From IMG/VR virus record IMGVR_UViG_3300033990_000324: 29,274 bases of DNA; one strand, given 5' to 3'. The DNA comes from a virus. The translations under genes and the position numbers were made by a program. Each line of letters starts with the position of its first letter. The stretch's first letter is position 1. Below, piece after piece: positions 17,525-25,149 of the stretch. The notes under the pieces are model-generated. The model had not been told where the DNA came from and ran no database searches. It saw only the letters and a program-made list of their open reading frames with translations.

Positions 17525-19188
17525 GTTATCATCGTGAGGTTGACATGGTATATTGTTATGCCGTTCTGCGAGTACACCTGCGTGATGCCGCGCATGTCGG
17601 TGTTGCCGTCGATTCCAGTGAGCGCTGCTATGTTGGTGTTCGCGGTTGGCGGCGGCGAGCAGGAACCCGATAAGCTGTCGGCTGCGTCGGGTTGCGTGCG
17701 CCAAGATGGGGGCACGACTATATAATCGATATGCATCGTACGCAGCAGCGTGAGATTGCCTGCGGCGGAAAACAGGAACCGCGTCAGGTTGGCAACCCTC
17801 GCGTAGCTCGTCGAGTTGGAAAAGTTGACGTAGATGCTGCGGTCCGACCAGTATCTGAGGTATGGTCCTGTGTTGATGCCTGTCAGCACCGTCGAGTTCG
17901 TTGGCGAGTTGTTGGCGAGCCACAGCGACGCGGCCTCGAACTGTACGGTCGCATAGTCGGGTCGCGGCATGGTCGGCAGCATCAGCACGTCGGTAGCTGC
18001 GACCACGATGACGCCGGCGACCATGACGGCGCGCAGGTATTTCGGCGCGTATCCATATCCTGCTGCAGCTATCGCCGACAGGGGCAGGTACGCGAACACG
18101 AGCCATCGCGTATCGGCCGCAATCAGCGGCAGGGACACGAGCACCATCACGCCGAGCGCGAGCAGCGTCCATGACCGAGAACCTGTACCGGCACGATGGC
18201 GGAACAGCACGACGATGGTCGGCAGCGAGAACATGGCGAACCCGACCTCGGCGAGCAGCAGCCATGACGGATTGCCGCTGGACATGAACGACTGGTACAG
18301 GAACGTATAGCCGTCGTAGTAGTCGAATGTGGCGAGGCCGGCGGCGGCCGCGACCCATTGGGACGGGGAGTATGTCCATGCGTTTATCTGGCACAGCAGC
18401 GGGTTTGCGAGATTCACTGGGGTCGGCAGGAACTGCGAAGCGTAAGCCGCGAACAGCTGCACCGGTCCGGTCGAGGCGTAGTATAGCTGCATGGGCGTGA
18501 CGACCAACGAGAAGAATAACCATGCGACGAACACTACGGCGGACATCACTGCGAGGGATTTGGATGCACTGTGCAACACCCATGCCAACGCGAGCGAGAC
18601 CACTACTGCAACAGACAGCAGCAGCACGAACGGACCGCCCGACCATACCAACGCCCCGAACAGCGCCGACAACGATGCGAGGACAACCCATAACAGTTTA
18701 TGGGTATCGACGAACCGCAACGTGGAGTATGCGAACGCGAACGCGGCCACTGCTGCGAACGTGTCGCCGGTGAAGTTGACGTATGATTCCGCCCATATAG
18801 CTATCTCGCCGACAGCCCAGCATGCGACCGCGAACAGCACGGCGGGCTTCGAGTCTGTGAGGCGGGAGGCGAGCTTATATACCAGCGCGAAGGCGAGCAG
18901 GTCGAAGGCGAGCTTGAGCATCGTTATCGCGCCCTGCAAGCCGAGCCAGCGCGACAGCGGATAGACGGCGAGCAGCAGCCACACCTGCCCCATCTCGCCG
19001 TAGTTCTGCGGCGCGTGCCCAGCTACGGTCTGCTGCAGCGCGGTCAGCGTGGCTATGTTTATGCCGTTGTCGTCGTTGCCGACGAACGGCTGCTGCATGG
19101 ATTGGAACCCGCGCAGCGCGAGGCCAAGCATCAGTATAGACAGTATCGCTACCAGCCACAGGACGCGCACAGCATCACGTTGGTTCAT
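17521..19188 (-). CDS. AglB/STT3-like GT-C glycosyltransferase (oligosaccharyltransferase-like) with degenerate WWDYG
   Basis: Start moved to ATG 19188; about 12 TM segments; EL1 GNDD (cf. AglB GNDP); DTRW (cf. the conserved Arg in RF); C-terminal WLANNSPTNSTVLTGINTGPYLRYWSDR and LRTMHIDYIVV match the STT3 C-terminal domain layout. Confidence 0.7.
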   Translation of the reverse strand: MNQRDAVRVLWLVAILSILMLGLALRGFQSMQQPFVGNDDNGINIATLTALQQTVAGHAPQNYGEMGQVWLLLAVYPLSRWLGLQGAITMLKLAFDLLAFALVYKLASRLTDSKPAVLFAVACWAVGEIAIWAESYVNFTGDTFAAVAAFAFAYSTLRFVDTHKLLWVVLASLSALFGALVWSGGPFVLLLSVAVVVSLALAWVLHSASKSLAVMSAVVFVAWLFFSLVVTPMQLYYASTGPVQLFAAYASQFLPTPVNLANPLLCQINAWTYSPSQWVAAAAGLATFDYYDGYTFLYQSFMSSGNPSWLLLAEVGFAMFSLPTIVVLFRHRAGTGSRSWTLLALGVMVLVSLPLIAADTRWLVFAYLPLSAIAAAGYGYAPKYLRAVMVAGVIVVAATDVLMLPTMPRPDYATVQFEAASLWLANNSPTNSTVLTGINTGPYLRYWSDRSIYVNFSNSTSYARVANLTRFLFSAAGNLTLLRTMHIDYIVVPPSWRTQPDAADSLSGSCSPPPTANTNIAALTGIDGNTDMRGITQVYSQNGITIYHVNLTMIT

Positions 19189-19319
19189 GCATCCATGCAG
19201 TCGTCTTCGGTCAGCGCGGTGAACGAGTACCGCACCTTGCCGCACTTTCTGCAGCGGTAGTACGGCACGCCGTCGTCATCCGCCTCGCGCATGATGTCGT
19301 GGGTTATGTCAGTCGTCAT
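19185..19319 (-). CDS. Small CxxC zinc-finger-like protein, 44 aa
   Basis: MTTDITHDIMREADDDGVPYYRCRKCGKVRYSFTALTEDDCMDA; ATGA overlaps at both ends. Confidence 0.6.
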   Translation of the reverse strand: MTTDITHDIMREADDDGVPYYRCRKCGKVRYSFTALTEDDCMDA

Positions 19320-19591
19320 CTGATTCGCCTCGCTATAACGTATATCAACGTCATCCCAGGAACGGCGAACAGCGCGATACTGACAATCATCGCCGCCCAG
19401 AACTGCGGGAACATGACTGCCGGCGACATGCCGCAATTGGGCGATTGCTGGCATTGCGTCAGTTGCACGAGCTCGGCCGGCGTCTCCCATTGAGCGAGTA
19501 GGTAATTAAACAGCAGGAGCGCGGCCACTATCAGGATGGCCGCGAACGCTGCGGCAACCACGTAGTACTTATCAAATTCCAGTTCTCCCAT
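19316..19591 (-). CDS. 2-TM membrane protein
   Basis: Two hydrophobic helices with a Cys-containing loop. Confidence 0.7.
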   Translation of the reverse strand: MGELEFDKYYVVAAAFAAILIVAALLLFNYLLAQWETPAELVQLTQCQQSPNCGMSPAVMFPQFWAAMIVSIALFAVPGMTLIYVIARRIR

Positions 19592-19595
19592 CGAA

Positions 19596-19676
19596 TCAAT
19601 CCATGAAGACGCGAGACGAGAAATATGCGCATGTCAGCATCGATAGCATATACGCCCCTGCGGTATTGTCTGCCAT
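19596..19676 (-). CDS. Possible 26-aa peptide
   Basis: MADNTAGAYMLSMLTCAYFSSRVFMD, preceded by an AGGTGAG SD motif and filling the gap exactly. Confidence 0.35.
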   Translation of the reverse strand: MADNTAGAYMLSMLTCAYFSSRVFMD

Positions 19677-19680
19677 CCGC

Positions 19681-19812
19681 TCACCTGCCCTCTGCCCTGT
19701 CGAGCAGCTGACGTATCACGTCGTCGTACGTGTCGCCCTTGCGCCCCAGCTTGCGCAGCCGGTCGCGCGTGGTCTTGCTCACCTGGATCACTGTGCCATC
19801 GGTCTTCGTCAT
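19681..19812 (-). CDS. Ribbon-helix-helix DNA-binding protein, 43 aa
   Basis: MTKTDGTVIQVSKTTRDRLRKLGRKGDTYDDVIRQLLD is a classic archaeal RHH pattern; SD GAGGTGTGAAC. Confidence 0.85.
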   Translation of the reverse strand: MTKTDGTVIQVSKTTRDRLRKLGRKGDTYDDVIRQLLDRAEGR

Positions 19813-19814
19813 GT

Positions 19815-19919
19815 TCACACCTCTAACGGCAGGATTGCGGTCCAGACATAGTCGGGAGCGGCAGCGATGGATAGAGCTATTTCCTTTGCCGCGCGCGCAC
19901 CGCATAAGTATTCAGTCAC
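19815..19919 (-). CDS. Possible 34-aa peptide
   Basis: GTG start after a GGTGA SD motif; MTEYLCGARAAKEIALSIAAAPDYVWTAILPLEV; fills the gap. Confidence 0.35.
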   Translation of the reverse strand: MTEYLCGARAAKEIALSIAAAPDYVWTAILPLEV

Positions 19920-19924
19920 GTCAT

Positions 19925-20293
19925 TCACCCATCGACTACCCACATGTGTTGCTGGGGGTCGTATGTTATATGCGTTCCATCGTGCAGAACAATGTCATCA
20001 TCATCATCTTCCTCTGATGCGTCGACGTCCACACAGTCGAGATGATATATGACATCCTCCCAAATGTTGTTTGCCCACCCATCAATGGTGTTGTCGCAAT
20101 AATGCGTCTCGTCGTATCTGTTCAGCACGTCGACGATATCGGCAATCACACGCGGCGTCAGCTCGTCATGCTCGTTTATTTGCTTTACGCGCCGCCTGAT
20201 TGCCGCGTTAATCTGCGCCTGTTTCTCTTCCGCCATCTCCTCCGCAGTCGCGGTCTGCGTCGCACCAGTTTCGGTCGTCATGTCATTCACCAT
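19925..20293 (-). CDS. Acidic hypothetical protein
   Basis: 122-aa ORF with its own TATA box and a poly-Asp tract; possible alternative start at 20281. Confidence 0.7.
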   Translation of the reverse strand: MVNDMTTETGATQTATAEEMAEEKQAQINAAIRRRVKQINEHDELTPRVIADIVDVLNRYDETHYCDNTIDGWANNIWEDVIYHLDCVDVDASEEDDDDDIVLHDGTHITYDPQQHMWVVDG

Positions 20294-20321
20294 TTCACAG
20301 TATATTATATGTTGCGATAGG

Positions 20322-20329
20322 TATTTATA
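20322..20329 (-). promoter_or_regulatory. TATA box (TATAAATA on the - strand)
   Basis: Lies 29 nt upstream of ATG 20293 in an AT-rich intergenic gap. Confidence 0.7.
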
Positions 20330-20397
20330 CGTTGCTATGCGTTGTTATTTATTCCACGTAATCGTGAAAACATAGGGTTTAAAAACCTTGCGCCAAG

Positions 20398-20787
20398 TCA
20401 CCGACGGTAGTACGCGTATCCGCTCGCCTTGAGCCTCGACAGCACGGACTTCTCCGCGACTGGGCCGAGCTCGTGGAGGAAGCTCAGCAGACGCATGTAT
20501 TCTTCTGTCGTGAGGTCGCCCTTCGCCCTGTTGCATGATTTGTGGCACAGCACGATGTTGCTCCACCCAGCGTAGCCGCCGCGCGAGAGCGGCGTCGCGT
20601 GGTCTATGCTGATGTCCTTGATACCCATCACAGTCCCACAATATGCGCATTTGCCGTTCGACGCGTCGATGCGACATGTGAGGATGAACTCTATTTCCGC
20701 GACGGACTCGTAGAAGCCGAGATGTGCGAATTTCTGCTGCGTCAGCACCGCGCGGCGGTGCAGGGTCATGTCCGGTCTCTTCGTCAT
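20398..20787 (-). CDS. HNH endonuclease
   Basis: KCAYCG..SIDHATPLSRGG..NIVLCHKSCNRAKG. Confidence 0.92.
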   Translation of the reverse strand: MTKRPDMTLHRRAVLTQQKFAHLGFYESVAEIEFILTCRIDASNGKCAYCGTVMGIKDISIDHATPLSRGGYAGWSNIVLCHKSCNRAKGDLTTEEYMRLLSFLHELGPVAEKSVLSRLKASGYAYYRR

Positions 20788-20789
20788 GT

Positions 20790-21017
20790 TCACACCCCGC
20801 TCTTCGTGCCTGCCCCGTTGACCTGTTCTATGCTCCCCTCGTGCATGACGTAGTGGTCACAGAGCCTGCAATGATAATACTCGTATCCGGCTGCGGAGAC
20901 GCCCATGCCCCGTTCCTGGCATGCGCAGGCGGCGCAGTCTATCTCTATCGCCTTCGACGCTATCGCCTTGCACTGCGCGCATATCTGCCTGACGAACACG
21001 AAACATTTATTGCACAT
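20790..21017 (-). CDS. Cys-rich zinc-binding protein
   Basis: Start moved to ATG 21017 (GAGGCGAG SD); several CxxC pairs (CNKC, CAQC, CAAC, CRLC). Confidence 0.6.
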   Translation of the reverse strand: MCNKCFVFVRQICAQCKAIASKAIEIDCAACACQERGMGVSAAGYEYYHCRLCDHYVMHEGSIEQVNGAGTKSGV

Positions 21018-21169
21018 CTTCTCGCCTCTCGACCATATGCTTTTTTGCCAACTTAAGTTCGCCACATTAAACCTTAAAAGGTAGGAGGTTACGTGTTCTT
21101 TGATCAACATGAACAGCGTAACACTACCATTAGGTAGTATATCAATCATGGATAACTATGGACTGCATG

Positions 21170-24100
21170 TCACTCCTCCCCTCCGACCACCCGCCAGATG
21201 CCCGGTCTGGGTTGGTAGATGTCCCCTCCGCGCTGCAGCTCCTCCAATGCCCATCCGATCTCATAGGTAGTCATGCCCTCAAGCGCGCTATTCAGCCGCG
21301 AGTCCGGGTTCTCCGGGTCGAGATGTATGCCCAATTCGGTGGCCAGGCGTATGGCTGCCAGGGTCTTCTCTACCATCTGCTCCTTGCTCAATCCTTCGTC
21401 TTTCGCTTGAATTTGCGTTATTTGAGCGTTGTCTTGTACTTTAGGTGTGAGTTGGGTTTGAGGCGCTGATTGCTGAATTGGGGCTGTTTTGGGGTCGTTT
21501 GGAGGTTGCGGAGGGAATGGGACAGCGGCTTGCGGCCCTGTGGCTGGGTCCATATCGGCAGATTGCGACTCTGGTTTTGGAGGCAGGTCGGCTGCGGCGC
21601 TGCCCGACTCGGCAACTGTCGAATGTTCGACAGACGAAGGTTCGACATGCGGTAAATCTGCGCCAGTTGCAGGTGCACCCAAAAGTTCATTTTTTTGGTT
21701 ATAAGACAAGTCGCACCGCGCGGACTGATTTTCTAAAAGATTGTTAGAAGATTGGGATTGGGGTGGTAGGTTGGTAGGGATTGGTTGGTTTTTTATACTA
21801 CCGCTATATTCTTTATTTTCTAATTTTCTCTCTGACGGGAGTATGAAAAGCTTGCCATATCCTACCAACCTACCATTGTCTATACCCTCCTTTCCGCCAA
21901 TTTGGGCATTTTGTTGCGTTTCATCCTTTTCATTTTTTTGGGCTTGTTGCTGTCCCTGCGCGCTGGGTTCGATTGCCGCGAACCTGTACTTCGCCCGGTT
22001 CGCATGCAGTTTTGGCTTGTCCTCCTCCATGCGGATACCATCCATTATGCGCCCAGCGTACTTACCTAACAAAATCGCGAACCTGTGTTTCGCGCGACTC
22101 TCATCCTTCTGCCACCCCATATACGCGAATATGCCGAAGATTGGGCTGTTCGGATCCGTTATCTCGCTTATGATGTCGCCCTTGTTTATCCACTTACCGC
22201 TCCAGCGTTCCGCCATGAACGCGTATAACTGCCGCATGTCATTCGTTTCGATGTCGCCCCCAACCGCATTTATCACATCGTTCTGCTGCGGTACCCCTAT
22301 GCCTGCGCATTCCAGTATGCCGCCGACCACGGCCATCCATTCGGGGAACGAAGCGAACGGCTTGCTGCATCTCGGGCAGCCGGCCTCGACCCAATGGCGT
22401 ATCAGCGTATACAGCGCGCTCAATATGTCCGACCTGTGCGCCTTCGCCCAGCCGTGCAGGTCTGGATTGTGGAACGTCCTCGCATTCGGGTCCTCGATGT
22501 CGAGGAACAGGTTGACGAAGATGCTGCGCTGCGCCAGGTCGGGCGTGTAGCTCAGGCCGATGTTTGCGGACAGGCTGAGCTCGAGCACGTTCGGGAATTC
22601 GAGCGACACGTTGCTGCCCAACTGCCTGTCGGAGTACACCTCCTTCGTCGCGAGCGCCTCCAATTCCGCGCTATTAAGGTGTCCCTTGTTGTTGCTGCTG
22701 TGCAATATGCGCCGGCCGGAACTGAGGACGCCTATGAGCTTCTTCCTGAACTCGTCATCCGTCTGCGCATGCCCCTTGCTCACCGGCGGGTCCTCTATCG
22801 CCTCGCCTTGGTAAGTTATCCCGACGATGCCGGCGCAGTAGTCCTTGCCCGCGCGTTCCCTGTTGGCGAGGTAGATGAATATGGGCGTGCGTATAGTCTC
22901 CCTCGAATATAGGCCACGGCACAGCGGGGTCAGCAGGTGCGCGAGCGCATTGACCTTGTCCTGTGCCCCCTTGAACGCGAACTCGGCGTAAACCGAATCG
23001 AGCAGCATCTTCGCGTCGTCGAGGCTCATCTCGGTTATCGTCGGCGCGTCGAAGGGCAGGAACGACATGAACTTGGGATCGTAGCCGCGCCTGGGGAATT
23101 CGAGCCTGCCGCCGTTCAGCTTCGGCAGCGGCACGGTCAGCAGGCGCTTCATTATCGGCAGCTTCGTCAGGAACTGGTCGACGCTCTTGAGCAGCACGCG
23201 CGCGGTGCCGGCAGGCAGGCTCTTCGCCCGCGTCTCGTCGTCCGCTCCCATGGCCACGAGCTGCAGATCCCTGTCGAGGAACGTGACGAGCGCCTCGCCG
23301 TCGACCGGCACGAGCCCGAGGACCTCGTGGCCGTCATCGTCTACCTTCACCATGCTGACGCGCTCGACCTCGTGCATGTCCGGCCGGTAGAAGAGTTCCT
23401 CCCTTCCGCCGTAATACTTGGCCACGTCTTCGGCGAACTCGCCGATTGTCCGGCCGGTCCCCGGGAGCAGTATCATAGGGCGTTCGCTGCCGTAGTTCGG
23501 CGCATATCCGTATTTCTGCCGCGCCGCCCCGTACACCTTCCTCCAAAGTTCCTTGTCGCCATATCCCGGTACGGCGTTCTCGCATCCCATGAGGCCCTCT
23601 GCAACGGCTATGTAGCTCAGCGGACCTCCGCCGGAGTTGTGGCGGAAGCAGTGCCACACGTTCCGCTCGGTATTGACGGTGAAGTTCGCGCCGGTGGTCG
23701 AGCCGTGCACAGGATGCGCGCCCTGATATTCACAGTCGCCGATCTTGCGCAATCCCTCAAGGCGAACCACGTCGGCTATCCGTAGCGTGTCCTTCCGCTT
23801 CTCGTCCCTCTCCATCCTCTTCGCTATCTCTTCGTCGCTGAGGCTCTTCTGCCGTATGTAGCCATCGATTGCTGCGTATATGCGTTCTGCATCGACGTGC
23901 ATTATCGGCGCATCGTTTTCGACCTTATAACGCTCGCCGTTTGGATGCAACGACCCTGGGCCGACCACGCAGCCGTTGCACTTTAAGTCACCCCTGTGCA
24001 CGCCGTCACGCTCGAGTGGGATTGTCGTCATGGCTGTATCGCAGAGGTAATAGAAGTGATGGCCGCCGCTGCCGCTACGCACAGTGAACGTGCCGCCGAG

Positions 24101-24340
24101 CCCCTTCTCGACTACGGCATCGGCCAGCTCCTTCGTGTCGGCGTCGATGACGACAATGCCGCCGATGCCGCACATGACGCCGTAATTGCTGTCTGCGTCA
24201 AGCGCCGACTGCAACTTTGCGTCGTCGAAAGCGTAGTTCGCCGTCGTAGTCCAGTCCTTCTCGTGTCCGCTCTTCGTGCCCTTCGTCATGATCGCGAAGC
24301 GGAACGCCGCGACCCTGAGCTGTTGCGGGATTTCCGTCAT
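21170..24340 (-). CDS. Replicase: bifunctional primase-polymerase (AEP prim-pol) + zinc-binding domain + P-loop helicase-like domain
   Basis: NYGVMCG..IVVIDAD and TVRSGSGGHHFYY (prim-pol); GAHPVHGSTTGANF..WHCFRH (CHC2-like Zn domain); NRERAGKD Walker A variant, DRQLG and DLAQR; start at ATG 24340. Confidence 0.88.
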   Translation of the reverse strand: MTEIPQQLRVAAFRFAIMTKGTKSGHEKDWTTTANYAFDDAKLQSALDADSNYGVMCGIGGIVVIDADTKELADAVVEKGLGGTFTVRSGSGGHHFYYLCDTAMTTIPLERDGVHRGDLKCNGCVVGPGSLHPNGERYKVENDAPIMHVDAERIYAAIDGYIRQKSLSDEEIAKRMERDEKRKDTLRIADVVRLEGLRKIGDCEYQGAHPVHGSTTGANFTVNTERNVWHCFRHNSGGGPLSYIAVAEGLMGCENAVPGYGDKELWRKVYGAARQKYGYAPNYGSERPMILLPGTGRTIGEFAEDVAKYYGGREELFYRPDMHEVERVSMVKVDDDGHEVLGLVPVDGEALVTFLDRDLQLVAMGADDETRAKSLPAGTARVLLKSVDQFLTKLPIMKRLLTVPLPKLNGGRLEFPRRGYDPKFMSFLPFDAPTITEMSLDDAKMLLDSVYAEFAFKGAQDKVNALAHLLTPLCRGLYSRETIRTPIFIYLANRERAGKDYCAGIVGITYQGEAIEDPPVSKGHAQTDDEFRKKLIGVLSSGRRILHSSNNKGHLNSAELEALATKEVYSDRQLGSNVSLEFPNVLELSLSANIGLSYTPDLAQRSIFVNLFLDIEDPNARTFHNPDLHGWAKAHRSDILSALYTLIRHWVEAGCPRCSKPFASFPEWMAVVGGILECAGIGVPQQNDVINAVGGDIETNDMRQLYAFMAERWSGKWINKGDIISEITDPNSPIFGIFAYMGWQKDESRAKHRFAILLGKYAGRIMDGIRMEEDKPKLHANRAKYRFAAIEPSAQGQQQAQKNEKDETQQNAQIGGKEGIDNGRLVGYGKLFILPSERKLENKEYSGSIKNQPIPTNLPPQSQSSNNLLENQSARCDLSYNQKNELLGAPATGADLPHVEPSSVEHSTVAESGSAAADLPPKPESQSADMDPATGPQAAVPFPPQPPNDPKTAPIQQSAPQTQLTPKVQDNAQITQIQAKDEGLSKEQMVEKTLAAIRLATELGIHLDPENPDSRLNSALEGMTTYEIGWALEELQRGGDIYQPRPGIWRVVGGEE
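21764..21875. repeat. Perfect 15-bp inverted repeat inside the replicase gene
   Basis: TGGTAGGTTGGTAGG (21764-21778) and CCTACCAACCTACCA (21861-21875), with an 82-bp AT-rich spacer. Confidence 0.9.
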
Positions 24341-24371
24341 GGCGTCGCCCTCGACTCCGCATTGCTGCGGC

Positions 24372-24638
24372 TTATCTTTTCCACTCGCGCACCGGCCCAC
24401 GATTCCTCTTGTCTGTGCTGTCGAGTTCGAGCACGTGATGGCAGTATTCGCACCTGAAGTCGGTCCGATACCTGTTTATGAGCACCTGCGCGAACGCATT
24501 TTTGTCCGGTGGCGCGATTCCCAAGTTGCGGCTGCGCCGCGCCTGGGTCTCATACCGCCTCGCGATTATCGTAGCGAGCCTAAGTCGTTCCCACGCGCCG
24601 ACGCCGGCCAACGCGTCGCGGATAGTTTCTTTACCCAT
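24372..24638 (-). CDS. Zinc-finger protein resembling the N-terminal half of an HNH nuclease (possibly truncated)
   Basis: FRCEYCHHVLEL, then a stop before any SxDH/HNH motif. Confidence 0.5.
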   Translation of the reverse strand: MGKETIRDALAGVGAWERLRLATIIARRYETQARRSRNLGIAPPDKNAFAQVLINRYRTDFRCEYCHHVLELDSTDKRNRGPVREWKR

Positions 24639-24644
24639 TCCCAC

Positions 24645-24784
24645 GTCAAAATCCCAACCGAAAACGGTTGCTACGATTTAAAAAGAGAACGTATTTTAAC
24701 GTTATTATTCGGTGCAGGAAGTTTAATGTTGAAATATATTAAGATAAGTTTAAATATGTAGCGAATAGATAAGATACGGATTGC
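24645..24784. promoter_or_regulatory. Divergent promoter region
   Basis: AT-rich gap between divergent blocks; rightward TTTAAATA at 24749-24756; leftward TTTTTAAA at 24677-24684; inverted repeat CAACCG-aaaa-CGGTTG at 24655-24670. Confidence 0.75.
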
Positions 24785-25000
24785 ATGGCAACGGAAGACG
24801 ACGGCACGAACGTCGTGGTCAAGCTGTCGCAGGACGCGATGCTCGTGCTCAAGATGTACCAGACGGCGCACAACTACGACAAGCGCGACCTTGCATTGGA
24901 TGCATTGCTGAAGGAGCAGGCGGTGCGCGATTTCATAGCAGATACAGCGCAGACCGCATTGCAGAAGCACAACCGCAAGGAGAAGCCGAAGGCAGATTGA
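24785..25000 (+). CDS. Putative RHH regulator
   Basis: TNVVVKLSQDAMLVLKMYQTAHNYDKRDLALDALL beta-alpha-alpha pattern; first gene after a TATA box. Confidence 0.55.
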   Translation: MATEDDGTNVVVKLSQDAMLVLKMYQTAHNYDKRDLALDALLKEQAVRDFIADTAQTALQKHNRKEKPKAD

Positions 25001-25144
25001 ATGCCCGCTATATTCGACGTTACGCGAACGAAGGTCAAGGACTTCGCAGAGTTCGTAGCTTCCCTCGCAGCAGACGGCCACGACGGCCACATCACAGTGG
25101 GTCTGGACGGCATCGATGGCGTGTTCTGGGTCGTGGACGGGTAG
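25001..25144 (+). CDS. Small hypothetical protein, 47 aa (not in the ORF track)
   Basis: MPAIFDVTRTKVKDFAEFVASLAADGHDGHITVGLDGIDGVFWVVDG; TGAATG coupling to the previous gene. Confidence 0.6.
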   Translation: MPAIFDVTRTKVKDFAEFVASLAADGHDGHITVGLDGIDGVFWVVDG

Positions 25145-25149
25145 ATCGA

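Noticed and set aside
17378-18691. 437-aa minus-strand ORF and other long Arg-rich shadow ORFs (for example 2794-3459, 22937-23785, 27563-28405)
   Set aside because: These are alternate-frame products of high GC and codon bias overlapping genes with clear motifs; only the 48-aa tail from 17524 is credible.
21764-21875. 15-bp inverted repeat as an invertase (gix/hix-like) target
   Set aside because: The arms are shorter than typical 26-bp invertase sites and the spacer is only 82 bp; an origin-like role fits better.
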